Positions 9,603-18,630 are shown, numbered from the stretch's first letter. The stretch is DNA of 64,000 nt from an uncultured Pseudomonadota bacterium (GCA_963770835.1 CAVYRH010000003.1:32001-96000); one strand, 5' to 3'. Notes: generated by a model not told the origin, from the sequence alone. Program-made: numbers and translations.

Positions 9603-10790
9603 ATGACCCGATGGGATGTCCTGACAGCGGCATGGAAACAGGTGAAGGCTAATAAAGGCCAAGGAGGAGTGGACGGGGAAACGCTGGAATGGATTGAAGA
9701 GAAAGTGGGGACTATTCCATTCCTGAAGGGCATTCAGGAAGAACTCAAGGCTGGGAAGTATCTGCCTAAACCTGTGAGACGAGTGGAAATACCCAAACCC
9801 GATGGTAGCAAGAGGCCGTTGGGAATCCCGGTGATTCGGGATCGGGTAGTTCAAGCGGCTTGCCGGAAGTTGGTGGAACCCATCTTTGAGGCGGACTTTC
9901 TGGAAGGCTCGTTTGGATTTCGGCCAAAACGCGGAGCCCAACAGGCCCACCGGGAGATCAAGAAGTGGATCAACGGGGGGTACACATGGGTGGTCGATGG
10001 AGATATTAGGAAGTACTTCGATTCCATCGACCACGACAAACTGATGGTGCTTGTGCGCCAGAGGGTCAGTGATCGAAAGGTTCTGAAACTGATCCAAGGG
10101 TGGCTGAAGGCGGGTGTGTTTGAGGAAGGAAGGCTTACGCCGACTCTCCGAGGGACACCGCAAGGCGGGGTGATCTCACCGCTGTTATCCAATGTTTACC
10201 TTCACTTGCTGGACAAGGTTTGGAATAAGAGGCACAGGAAACTGGGTAGGCTGGTGCGCTACGCCGACGATTTTGTGGTGTTGTGCGGAAGCCAAGCCCA
10301 TGCGGAAAAGAGCCTGGAAGTCATCAAGGAATTGATGGGACGACTAGGGCTTGAACTGCACCCCGAAAAGACACGGCTGGTGGAAATGGGGCCTGGGAAG
10401 GAAGGGTTTGACTTCCTTGGGTTCCACTTTCGAGTAGGTATGCCGGTGGTAGGATTGGGTAAGACCTGTTGCCTGAGCTGGCCGAGCCGGAAGGCCATGA
10501 AGAAAATCGCCGAGAAAGTGAAGCAGATGACGGCGGGCCGAGAGCGGCTCTTATCTCCAATGGAGGATGTAGCGAAGGCTTTGAACCCGGTGTTAAGGGG
10601 GTGGGTCAACTATTTCCGAATTGGGGACAGCCAGCCATACTTTTCCAAGCTTCAATTTTACGTACTCGAAAGGCTGACTTTGTTCCGGAGGCGTAAGTAC
10701 GCCTGGGAAGGACGAACATGGTCGATCGAGGAAGTGAAACGCCTTGGTTTGAACTGGATTCCAGCTTTTGCCTTGAATGCTGCCGGTTGA
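9603..10790 (+). CDS. ltrA: Group II intron reverse transcriptase/maturase (no endonuclease domain); true start at 7969 separated by IS
   Basis: RPLGIP..RDRVVQ, SFGFRP, DI..YFD.IDH, GTPQGGVISPLLSNVYL, RYADD, GFDFLGF, LNP.LRGW.NYF. Confidence 0.95.
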   Translation: MTRWDVLTAAWKQVKANKGQGGVDGETLEWIEEKVGTIPFLKGIQEELKAGKYLPKPVRRVEIPKPDGSKRPLGIPVIRDRVVQAACRKLVEPIFEADFLEGSFGFRPKRGAQQAHREIKKWINGGYTWVVDGDIRKYFDSIDHDKLMVLVRQRVSDRKVLKLIQGWLKAGVFEEGRLTPTLRGTPQGGVISPLLSNVYLHLLDKVWNKRHRKLGRLVRYADDFVVLCGSQAHAEKSLEVIKELMGRLGLELHPEKTRLVEMGPGKEGFDFLGFHFRVGMPVVGLGKTCCLSWPSRKAMKKIAEKVKQMTAGRERLLSPMEDVAKALNPVLRGWVNYFRIGDSQPYFSKLQFYVLERLTLFRRRKYAWEGRTWSIEEVKRLGLNWIPAFALNAAG

Positions 10791-10985
10791 AAGGTTGTCG
10801 GAAAGCCGTATGATCGAAAAGGTCACGTACGGTTTGATGAGGGGGCGCTGGAAACGTGGTGATGAGAGCCGGACTGAGGCCCAATCCGAAAGGGTTGGAT
10901 TCGCCACCGTACTCTAAGGCATACGCGCCAGCGCTCTACTCTGCGGTAGAAAAAGCTTACGAAGCCTCGAAGCATATGGGGGGGG

Positions 10986-11450
10986 GTGAATTCTTATCAT
11001 GAGGCGTTTGAATACAATGGAGATATTCCAGACATACTCATCGATAACACTTCTCTTGAGGACTGGAAACGGATGATGGAATACGCCCTTCGTTTTGGCG
11101 CACGACTTCATTTTCAAGCGGAAGGTGAAGACGAAGAAAAATCTATTTCAACCGATTTCAAATTTTTGTTCGGTCCGAAAAAACCCTATGTAGATATATT
11201 CATCGACTTCGATGAGATGGGGATAATCGGGCGTGCATTCTCTCCTGAATCAATTCTCATGGATGTGGACCTACGCGAAATTAATTCTTCTCAAAAAGAG
11301 GAAGCGTTCATCAAGTTTTTTCAGGGTTTAACCAATGCCCTCGGCAAAGAATGCGGCGTCAGCGAAAATGCCAATTATCCACCTTTTCTTAAATTCCTCC
11401 CCGGGGGAGACAATCCGATTTACGAACCTTCTTGTAAGATAAAACCGTAA
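10986..11450 (+). CDS. Hypothetical protein (cassette)
   Basis: 154-aa ORF between intron end and hairpin site 11452. Confidence 0.65.
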   Translation: MNSYHEAFEYNGDIPDILIDNTSLEDWKRMMEYALRFGARLHFQAEGEDEEKSISTDFKFLFGPKKPYVDIFIDFDEMGIIGRAFSPESILMDVDLREINSSQKEEAFIKFFQGLTNALGKECGVSENANYPPFLKFLPGGDNPIYEPSCKIKP

Positions 11451-11612
11451 ATTTGTCCACGACGGGGACCCGTCGTGGACAACAAAGAATTGTAAAAAAG
11501 GTCATTTCAAAGGGTGCCCGCAACTCTCATGCCTCTTAAATTTGTATTTTGAGGTAATCTTTATTGGTCTCACGTCCTTAGGAACGTTAGTATTTCGAGA
11601 ATTATTGATTGG

Positions 11613-13292
11613 GTGACACCAGTGAAATGTCTGTCGCAAAAGAAAACCGTCGGCTTTTCGCGAAAATCGGTTTTAAAAACTTTAGCGTTTTCTTTTATAA
11701 CCTTTTGCCTATTGTTCGTCCATTCTTCAACCTGGGCCATCCCGACTTCTGGTACCAATTTCTGGCTGTGCTTTCCATATGCTGAACCTTCAGCCGAGCA
11801 ATACATTGTTTTGCTTCTCGCCAGCAATATCGCCACTACCGCTACTGTTTTGGATCCTACTGCGGGAACCGCAACTTATACCATCACACCCGGCTCTACG
11901 ACCGCGGTAACGCTTCTACTTGCCGACCAAATGAACCCGGCCAACGATGATACGGTCACGCACTTAGGGATCCAGGTTACATCCCTGGATGCTATTTCGG
12001 TCTATGGAATCAATTACATTCAATTTAACACGGACGGTTACCTAGCATTGCCGGTCAACGCCCTGGGAAACAGTTATATCGTGGTCAATTACGAATGTGA
12101 GGGAAGCGGCTTTGAAGTTCAAAGTGAATTTTCGATCGTTGGGACCCAAAACGCAACCAGCGTGACCATCACACCTTCCGCCGCCGCGGATTCCCAGACT
12201 GCGGGAATCCCTTACGTCATTGCCTTGAACCAGGGTGATACTTATGAATTGGGCACGACCATCATCGGTGATGACTTAACTGGAACCCTGATCCAGTCAA
12301 ACCAGCCCATCGCGGTCTTTGGGGATAATGCCGTAGCCCAGGTTCCCACTGCCTATCCTTCAGGAAACCAGTTACTTGAGGAGCTTTGGCCCGTCAACGA
12401 TTGGGGCACAAATTTCGTGACCCTCCCTTTGGCTACCCGGACAGGAGGAGACACCTTCCGATTCTTGGCTTCGGTCAACGGAACCACAGTGAACGTCAAT
12501 GGAACAGTTTTACCAGTGCTCAACCAGGGCCAATTCGCCGAGCAGATCATCGCGGCCCCGGGATGGATCACGGCCAACAATCCCATTTACGTCACCCAAT
12601 ATTCCAATAGCCACAGTTACGATTGCGGCCTTGGCCTTGTTTGTATGGATGCGGATCCTTTCATGATCACGGTCCCGCCGACGAGCCAATACGGGAACAA
12701 TTACTTGACCAGCGTTTTGCCCCCGAGTTTTGGATTCTCGCCCAATTATGAAAATTTACTCGTTCCCACCTCGGCGGTTGGCGCGGTCTCGCTGGATGGA
12801 GCAGCAATTCCAGCGGCCAGTTTCGTTCCTATCGGGGCTAGCGGTTATTCAGGTGCGGCTGTATCGGTTTCGGCGGCGGAACATGTGCTCGTAGGCGTGG
12901 CGCCTTTCGGCGCCTTGGTTTATGGATTCAATACCTCGGATGGGTATGGTTATCCCGCTGGGTCTTTGGTGAGTAGCGCCACCGCCACCGCGACCGTACT
13001 TCCTACTTCGATCCCCACGTCCCCCTGTGCCATCCATGTTTGGCCCGATCCCTTTAACCCCCAATATGCTATTGGCGGAACCTTAAAAGTCGGCTGTCTC
13101 CCGCCCGGGGCCACGGTGTCTTTTTATACTGTTTCGGGAGAACTGGTGAGCCAAGTGAACGAAGCCGGTGGAATGGCTCAATGGGCTGGAACCAACCGCC
13201 AGAACCTATTGGTTTCGTCGGGAATTTATTTCTACGTCATCCAAAACGGAAGTAATGTTCTGGGGCGGGGCAAGTTTCTGATTAACCGTTGA
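11613..13292 (+). CDS. Secreted IgGFc-binding-like protein with FlgD-like C-terminal domain (cassette)
   Basis: Signal-like N-terminus, GT.FW, D.YLALPV.ALG..Y, DL.GT.I.S..PIAVF, DPFM..VPP..QY, YGYPAG; C-terminal PDPFNP...W.G.N....VSSGIYFY. Confidence 0.75.
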   Translation: MTPVKCLSQKKTVGFSRKSVLKTLAFSFITFCLLFVHSSTWAIPTSGTNFWLCFPYAEPSAEQYIVLLLASNIATTATVLDPTAGTATYTITPGSTTAVTLLLADQMNPANDDTVTHLGIQVTSLDAISVYGINYIQFNTDGYLALPVNALGNSYIVVNYECEGSGFEVQSEFSIVGTQNATSVTITPSAAADSQTAGIPYVIALNQGDTYELGTTIIGDDLTGTLIQSNQPIAVFGDNAVAQVPTAYPSGNQLLEELWPVNDWGTNFVTLPLATRTGGDTFRFLASVNGTTVNVNGTVLPVLNQGQFAEQIIAAPGWITANNPIYVTQYSNSHSYDCGLGLVCMDADPFMITVPPTSQYGNNYLTSVLPPSFGFSPNYENLLVPTSAVGAVSLDGAAIPAASFVPIGASGYSGAAVSVSAAEHVLVGVAPFGALVYGFNTSDGYGYPAGSLVSSATATATVLPTSIPTSPCAIHVWPDPFNPQYAIGGTLKVGCLPPGATVSFYTVSGELVSQVNEAGGMAQWAGTNRQNLLVSSGIYFYVIQNGSNVLGRGKFLINR

Positions 13293-13328
13293 TTTTGGCT
13301 GTCCGCGACGGGGACCCATCGTGGACAG

Positions 13329-14697
13329 GTAACATGATGGCCATTCCACCGCCGGGATTAAACTATTCCCGGTGAGTAGCCACTCATAAGGAGGAATGAC
13401 CATGAAACAGATTAGCAAAAAAGGATTCCAAGGCAAGGAGGTATCCAAGCGGGACGCCGTGTTTGTGGGGCTCGATGTCCACAAACGAAGTATTTACGTA
13501 GCAATCAGGATCAATGGAAAGGAAACCGGAACCAAGTCTGTGCCCGCGGATTGGGAAGCTGTGGTGAAGGTTCTGGAGCCTTACCGAAAAGGGTTAAAAA
13601 AGGTCGTCTACGAGGCAGGACCTACTGGCTTTGGCTTGGCACGTCGCCTTCGGGAAGTGGGATACCCATTGGACGTCATCGCCCCGAACAAAACACCTCG
13701 TGTAGCTCAGTTGGAAACAAAATCCGACCGGTTGGACTGCCGCAAGCTGGCGGAGTACGCCGAAAAGGATCTCTTGCGGGCTGTGGCGATCCCAACCCTC
13801 CAGGAAGAAGCGGATCGGCAAGTGGTGCGTTTGAGAAACGCGATGGTGGAACAAAAACGCAAGGCCAAACAAAGGATCAAAAGCTTTTTCCTCCAATATG
13901 GATTCAAGGAACCTAGAGGGCTGGATTACTGGACCCACGAGGCCATCGGAGTTTTGCGGGATATGGAACTGCCGCCGGCCCTGAGATTCACGTTGGATAG
14001 CCTATTGGAAGATCTCTTTTACTTTGATAGGCAGCTTAAAGACGTGAACATACGTTTGCGGGTCATGATGAAGGACAAGGCCTACGAGAAAAAGGCTAAG
14101 ATCCTCAGGTCCCACCCGGGAGTGGGTGAAGTAACGACCCTGCAAATGTTAACGGAGATTTACCAGCCGGAGCGCTTTCAAAACGCCAAACAGGTGGCGG
14201 CTTACGTGGGGTTGGCCCCAAGGATCAGGCAAAGCGGAGAAACTCGAAAGGAAGGCCATTTGCAGAAGGCCGGAAAAGGAACCTTGAGGGCTACCTTAGT
14301 TGAAGCTGCCTGGTCATGGATTCAAAAGGATACCCAGGCCAACCGCGTTTTCCGCCGGTTCGTCCGTAATACGGGGCATGTCAACAAAGCGATTGTGGCA
14401 ATGGCTCACAAGCTTTTGATTCACCTTTGGACTATGTTGGTTCGAAAGGAAGTTTATCGGCCCATGCTCTAAAGAGGTTTCAGCCTCAGTTTCGTGATTC
14501 GACCCCTTAGGAATGACCACGAGTTTTAGCTGTGCCTTAGGCACGTTGGACAGGTGGTGGCTTCCCTCAGGATTATCGAATTCTTATCTTGTGCCTCGAG
14601 CACGAATAGCAGCGTGAATCCACGAAACCAAAAGGCTGACCGTAGGAGAAAATTGGACTTGAGGAATGGCCTCATAGCAGGAATGGCCTCATAGCAG
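13329..14697 (+). mobile_element. IS110 family (IS1111-like) element inserted at hairpin site, copy 1
   Basis: CAG core on both sides, subterminal IRs ATGATGGCCATTCC/GGAATGGCCTCAT; apparently identical copy at 49922-51290. Confidence 0.9.
13396..14472 (+). CDS. IS110 family transposase/recombinase
   Basis: VGLDVHK, YEAGPTG, KSDRLD, QSG...GHLQKAG, AIVAMAHKL. Confidence 0.95.
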   Translation: MTMKQISKKGFQGKEVSKRDAVFVGLDVHKRSIYVAIRINGKETGTKSVPADWEAVVKVLEPYRKGLKKVVYEAGPTGFGLARRLREVGYPLDVIAPNKTPRVAQLETKSDRLDCRKLAEYAEKDLLRAVAIPTLQEEADRQVVRLRNAMVEQKRKAKQRIKSFFLQYGFKEPRGLDYWTHEAIGVLRDMELPPALRFTLDSLLEDLFYFDRQLKDVNIRLRVMMKDKAYEKKAKILRSHPGVGEVTTLQMLTEIYQPERFQNAKQVAAYVGLAPRIRQSGETRKEGHLQKAGKGTLRATLVEAAWSWIQKDTQANRVFRRFVRNTGHVNKAIVAMAHKLLIHLWTMLVRKEVYRPML

Positions 14698-14748
14698 GTA
14701 AAATTGGCTCAGCTGGGGGTTGGTCAACATGACCTGGGGGGATAAAAA

Positions 14749-15144
14749 ATGGAAGATTTGAAAGAAATCGCCCAAACGATATGCCGGTACCCCCTCATAT
14801 CGGACAAATCGATTCAAGATTATTTAAAAGAATCCGGATTTATGGACCACCGGAAGAACATTTGTGTTGAAGACTTCAAAGAATATTTAGAAGGCCACAA
14901 GGATTTAATAGATAAATGGATTGGGTGGTCAGACAAACGAACGGATTTTGGGTGGACATTCAGCAGTTGGGGGCAGGATGGATATTATCGGATCACTGGA
15001 TATGGCATCAAAGATCCCAAACCGAATCTGGGCCATGAATTAACATTTAAAAGTTCAATTGATGCGGTTGCGACCTATATCAGTCTCGAAATGAATGCTT
15101 GGGCTCAGTTTAACGAAAATAAGCAACCCGGAAAATGGTGGTAA
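14749..15144 (+). CDS. Hypothetical protein (cassette)
   Basis: 131-aa ORF with RBS, ends before hairpin site 15165. Confidence 0.7.
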   Translation: MEDLKEIAQTICRYPLISDKSIQDYLKESGFMDHRKNICVEDFKEYLEGHKDLIDKWIGWSDKRTDFGWTFSSWGQDGYYRITGYGIKDPKPNLGHELTFKSSIDAVATYISLEMNAWAQFNENKQPGKWW

Positions 15145-15268
15145 CGGATTTTTGATAGTTCATGGTTGTCCGCGACGGGGACCCTTCGTGAACAACGAAA
15201 ATAATGGATAATGGTATTCAGGCACTTTCAGCATAAAGATGGTTTACAAAATTTGGGGGGCAGACCAC

Positions 15269-16279
15269 ATGGACTTGCTTATTGATACTTACGGTACCAA
15301 GATCGGCGTAAATGGCGAGCGCATCGTCCTTTCTTTTCCGAAAGTTAAAGAGAAAAAAGAATACCCCATCCATAGACTGGAGAAAATAGTCATACTGCGG
15401 CCGGCCTCGCTCACGACTCACGCGGTTCAGCTCGCGATTGAGCACGATGTTGATATCGTCTATCTCGGTTCTTTTGGCAAGCCCATCGGAAGACTATTTT
15501 CAAGCGAACCAAAAGGGCTGGCGAGTCTTCGTAAAGCGCAACTGGAAGCGTCAACTTCGCTTGAGCGATCGTTCAAAATCGCGAAAGAATTAGTGCGGGG
15601 CAAATGCGCTAATCAGCTCGATCTACTCCGATATCTCGCGTACCGATATAAAAAGGATGTGGGGACCGAACTCTTACAAGCGCAGACCCTTTTTGATGTC
15701 TTGGACAATGTCCCGTGTTCGGAGAAAGGCAAGGAGCAACTCCTTGGTACGGAAGGATACATCGCGGACAAATATTTCAGCGGGTTAAAAAAATTCTATA
15801 GATTCCCGGGCCGAAAACCACAAGGCAGGGACCAGTTTAACAGCGTACTGAATTATGGTTAGGGCATCCTTTACAATGAAGTCGAACGGGCATGCCTTTA
15901 CGTCGGTCTTGATCCATATCTCGGCCTCTACCACAGTGAACGCTATGGTAAGCCTGCCCTCGTTCTCGATCTTGTCGAAGAATTCCGCGTACCAATCGTC
16001 GACTCGGTGCTTTTCCCGCTTTTCATAGAAAAGAAACTGAGCCAACGGAAATATTTTGAAAAAACCGCGGTTGGGCAATATCTGTTATCGCCTGAGGGAA
16101 AAAGCGTCGTGGTGGGGGCGATCATGAGGCGGTTGAATGAAACGACGGCATGGCGGGGGAAACAATATACTCTTAAGCAGATCATAGATAACCAGATTAG
16201 GGCGTTGGCACGTCACTTTGTCGAAAAGGAGGACAAGTACAACCCGTTTCGTGCGGAAAAACTTTTTTCGATATCATGA
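15269..16279 (+). pseudogene. cas1: CRISPR-associated integrase Cas1 with premature TAG at 15860-15862
   Basis: LLGTEG..A..YF, D.FNS.LNYG[*]GILY.EV..A....GLDPYLG.YH, ALVLDLVEEFR.PIVD; frame continues after TAG to 16279; duplicate at 29065-29067 has TAC. Confidence 0.93.
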
Positions 16280-16611
16280 ACAATTTCAATGCCATCACCC
16301 TAGTATCGTGGGAAACGCGCGACTGGCGGCATCGGGACAAGGCGGTTCTGTGGTGCAAGAATTATGGTCTCAAGCCGGTTTTCCGGAATATGTATATCGG
16401 AAAATTGTATTCAAAAGAACGGGAAAAACTCGAGAATAAATTCAAGGGGGCTTTCGCAAAGAAGACCGAAAAGTTTTTTATCAGTACGCTCTGTCGGTCG
16501 TGCTTTGAAGATTCGGTTTTCGGTGGTACGCTTAGTTCTAAGAAAGATGATGTCGACATTGAAACTGCGTTTGAACTTATCCAAATCACGCCGAATTCGG
16601 CGGAACGGTGA
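16276..16611 (+). CDS. cas2: Divergent Cas2-like protein
   Basis: Overlaps cas1 stop (ATGA); LVSWETRD..R......KNYGLKPVFRNMYIGKL....LCRSC aligns with the Cas2 LV.YDI.D..R.....K.YG..VQ.SVF.G.L...lC..C pattern. Confidence 0.75.
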   Translation: MNNFNAITLVSWETRDWRHRDKAVLWCKNYGLKPVFRNMYIGKLYSKEREKLENKFKGAFAKKTEKFFISTLCRSCFEDSVFGGTLSSKKDDVDIETAFELIQITPNSAER

Positions 16612-16633
16612 AAAACACCAATAATTGCAGGCT
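16612..16633 (+). promoter_or_regulatory. Very short (22 bp) putative leader
   Basis: AAAACACCAATAATTGCAGGCT between cas2 stop and first repeat; TGCAGG is the reverse complement of the repeat start CCTGCA. Confidence 0.5.
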
Positions 16634-16670
16634 CCTGCACATGCCTGTCGCAAAAAGGATAGTGTGCAAC
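16634..16670 (+). repeat. 37-bp direct repeat 1
   Basis: Exact match to consensus. Confidence 0.97.
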
Positions 16671-16815
16671 TAAGAGACTACCGAGATCGAAGGACGACTC
16701 TTAAAATTTTTGCGGGCAACTTACTTATGTAACAGAATCAGTCCTTGCCAGGGCCTTTCGCAAGAAACGAGTCCCCCAAACCCTGATTTTGAGAAATTTT
16801 CTTAAAAGAACTTAA

Positions 16816-17643
16816 ATGAAAACCAGAGAGAATATACAATTACAACCATTTTTAAAATGGGCTGGCGGTAAACGTTGGCTGGTTTCTAAATACTCAAAAA
16901 TATTTTTAAAACCGTTTAATACTTATTTTGAACCATTCCTGGGTAGTGGGGCGGTGTTTTTCCACTTAAAACCAAAAAAATCAGTTCTTTCAGATGTTAA
17001 TAAAGACTTAATCGATACGTTTCGTGCGATAAGGAATAATTGGAAAGGTGTTGTAAGTGAATTGAAGAAGCATAATTCGAAACATTCCACAAATTACTAT
17101 TACAAAATGAGAGATTGGAAGCCCAATTCCGCCAATAAAAAAGCTGCACTTTTTATTTATTTAAATCGCACTTGTTGGAATGCTTTGTATAGGGTTAATA
17201 AAGAGGGGAAGTTTAATGTCCCTATTGGAACGAAATTAAATGTTTTACTTGAAACGGATGATTTTGAAGCAGTTTCTAATGCCCTAAAAAATGTAACATT
17301 CAAAGACGGAGATTTTGAACATATTTTAGATACGGCAAAAAAAGGGGATTTCATTTACCTTGATCCGCCTTATACGGTTACACATTCAAATAACGGATTT
17401 ATTAAGTACAATAATCATATTTTCAAATGGGAAGATCAATGCCGACTAGCAAGTGTTTCAAAAGATTTGATAAACCGCGGCTGTGCAGTTGTTATAAGCA
17501 ATGCTTATCACAACAGTATCTTTGATTTATATAAAGGGTTTTACTATTTGGGTTTGAAACGCCACAGCCTTTTAGCCGCCGATCCAAGGAAAAGAGGAGA
17601 TTATAAAGAGTGCCTTTTTTCGTCTTTCCCAATCAAAATTTGA
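16816..17643 (+). CDS. Dam-family DNA adenine methyltransferase
   Basis: KWAGGK, YFEPFLGSGAV, LNRTC.NALYRVN..G.FNVP, YLDPPY. Confidence 0.93.
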   Translation: MKTRENIQLQPFLKWAGGKRWLVSKYSKIFLKPFNTYFEPFLGSGAVFFHLKPKKSVLSDVNKDLIDTFRAIRNNWKGVVSELKKHNSKHSTNYYYKMRDWKPNSANKKAALFIYLNRTCWNALYRVNKEGKFNVPIGTKLNVLLETDDFEAVSNALKNVTFKDGDFEHILDTAKKGDFIYLDPPYTVTHSNNGFIKYNNHIFKWEDQCRLASVSKDLINRGCAVVISNAYHNSIFDLYKGFYYLGLKRHSLLAADPRKRGDYKECLFSSFPIKI

Positions 17644-17655
17644 CGGGAGTTTACA

Positions 17656-18630
17656 ATGGCCGATGAAAATGTTTTTGGTGGATTCCTTTTACAAGAAAAA
17701 CCCCCAATTTATTTAGCTGCAATACCAGGAAAATGGTTGTTAAAACACACAACTCCTTCTTGGCGATTAGAAAATCCAGAAGAAGGTTTTCAAAGAGTTG
17801 TCCAAGAAAAAAGGGCTAGAGAAATAGCGACTGCTGTTTTAAATCAAAAACGAATATTTCCAAACGCAATTGTTTTAGCTACGGATATTCAAAATTTCGA
17901 GGCACGAAAAGGCGAGATAAGCATTGGAAATAGGATTAAATTTCTTGTTGTTGATGGGCAACATAGGTTGTGGGCTCAAAAATTTTCAGAATTTGAGGCT
18001 ATATATGCTTGCACCATTCATTGTGGCCTTGATGAAGTAAAAATGGCGGAATTATTTATCGAGATTAACAACAACCAGAAACGGGTTCCGTCTTCTCTTC
18101 GCTGGGATCTTGTTAGATTGGTTAGGCCGGATGAGGATCCATTTGGAATTGAAGCATCTGAACTTGTTTTTGAATTGGCGACAAATGAATCGAGCCCCTT
18201 ATATCAAAGGATTGATTTAACGGGAGAACAAAACGAAATCAGTTTGAAACAAGGTTCTATTGCTCCTGAATTCAAACATATTTTTTCTTTAAGAGATTCC
18301 CCATTCAAAGATTTAAATTTTGAAGTGGTTGTTGACAGCATCATTAAGTATTTGGCTGCAATTAAATCAATGGATGCTGATGGTTGGAAAAAAGGGAAAT
18401 CTGCTTTTTACCAGGCTAGGGTATTAAGGGTTTTAATAAAAATATTACCTGAGATCATTAAAAAAGAAGGAGTCGATGTTTCGAAAATAACAGCAATTTC
18501 CTATAAAAACCACTTGGAAAAAATTAAAGAGAATAAAATCACAAGAGAAGCTTTGACGGCTCAACATGGGAATTCGGGCATTAAAGCTATTTATGATGAG
18601 ATACATTCTCAAATATTTGGTAGAAGTTAA
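17656..18630 (+). CDS. DGQHR-domain (DndB/ParB-like) protein
   Basis: GFQR, FPNAIVL, VVDGQHRL, LFIEINNNQKRVP.SL. Confidence 0.88.
   Translation: MADENVFGGFLLQEKPPIYLAAIPGKWLLKHTTPSWRLENPEEGFQRVVQEKRAREIATAVLNQKRIFPNAIVLATDIQNFEARKGEISIGNRIKFLVVDGQHRLWAQKFSEFEAIYACTIHCGLDEVKMAELFIEINNNQKRVPSSLRWDLVRLVRPDEDPFGIEASELVFELATNESSPLYQRIDLTGEQNEISLKQGSIAPEFKHIFSLRDSPFKDLNFEVVVDSIIKYLAAIKSMDADGWKKGKSAFYQARVLRVLIKILPEIIKKEGVDVSKITAISYKNHLEKIKENKITREALTAQHGNSGIKAIYDEIHSQIFGRS

Larger units (their letters stand above)
7446..10944 (+). mobile_element. Group II intron with RT/maturase, interrupted by an IS110-family element
   Basis: GTGCC 5' end after hairpin site, RT ORF, DV at ~10801, 3' end CTCTACTCTGC. 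Confidence 0.92.
5366..15196 (+). repeat. Hairpin-delimited gene-cassette array A (7 copies of ~30-bp palindromic site)
   Basis: Sites at ~5366-5392 (degenerate), 5684-5714, 6282-6313, 7414-7445, 11452-11483, 13299-13328, 15165-15196; consensus TTGTCCACGACGGGGACCCNTCGTGGACA; one + strand cargo gene between successive sites. Confidence 0.88.

Noticed and set aside
9603..10790. RT functionally coupled to Cas1, or a DGR/retron RT
   Set aside because: It is embedded in a complete group II intron with maturase domain X; no TR/VR pair or msr-msd seen
5684..15196. Classical integron (intI/attC) or simple terminators
   Set aside because: No intI; sites too short and lack attC core geometry; no U-tract after the stems
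15860..15862. Recoded TAG (alternative genetic code)
   Set aside because: TAG terminates normal genes here (e.g. 1228, 5376, 28101) and the duplicate has TAC
16634..16670. 37-bp repeat as a MITE or tRNA-derived att site
   Set aside because: Sequences on the two sides of each repeat are not halves of the same gene; no target duplications; no tRNA features
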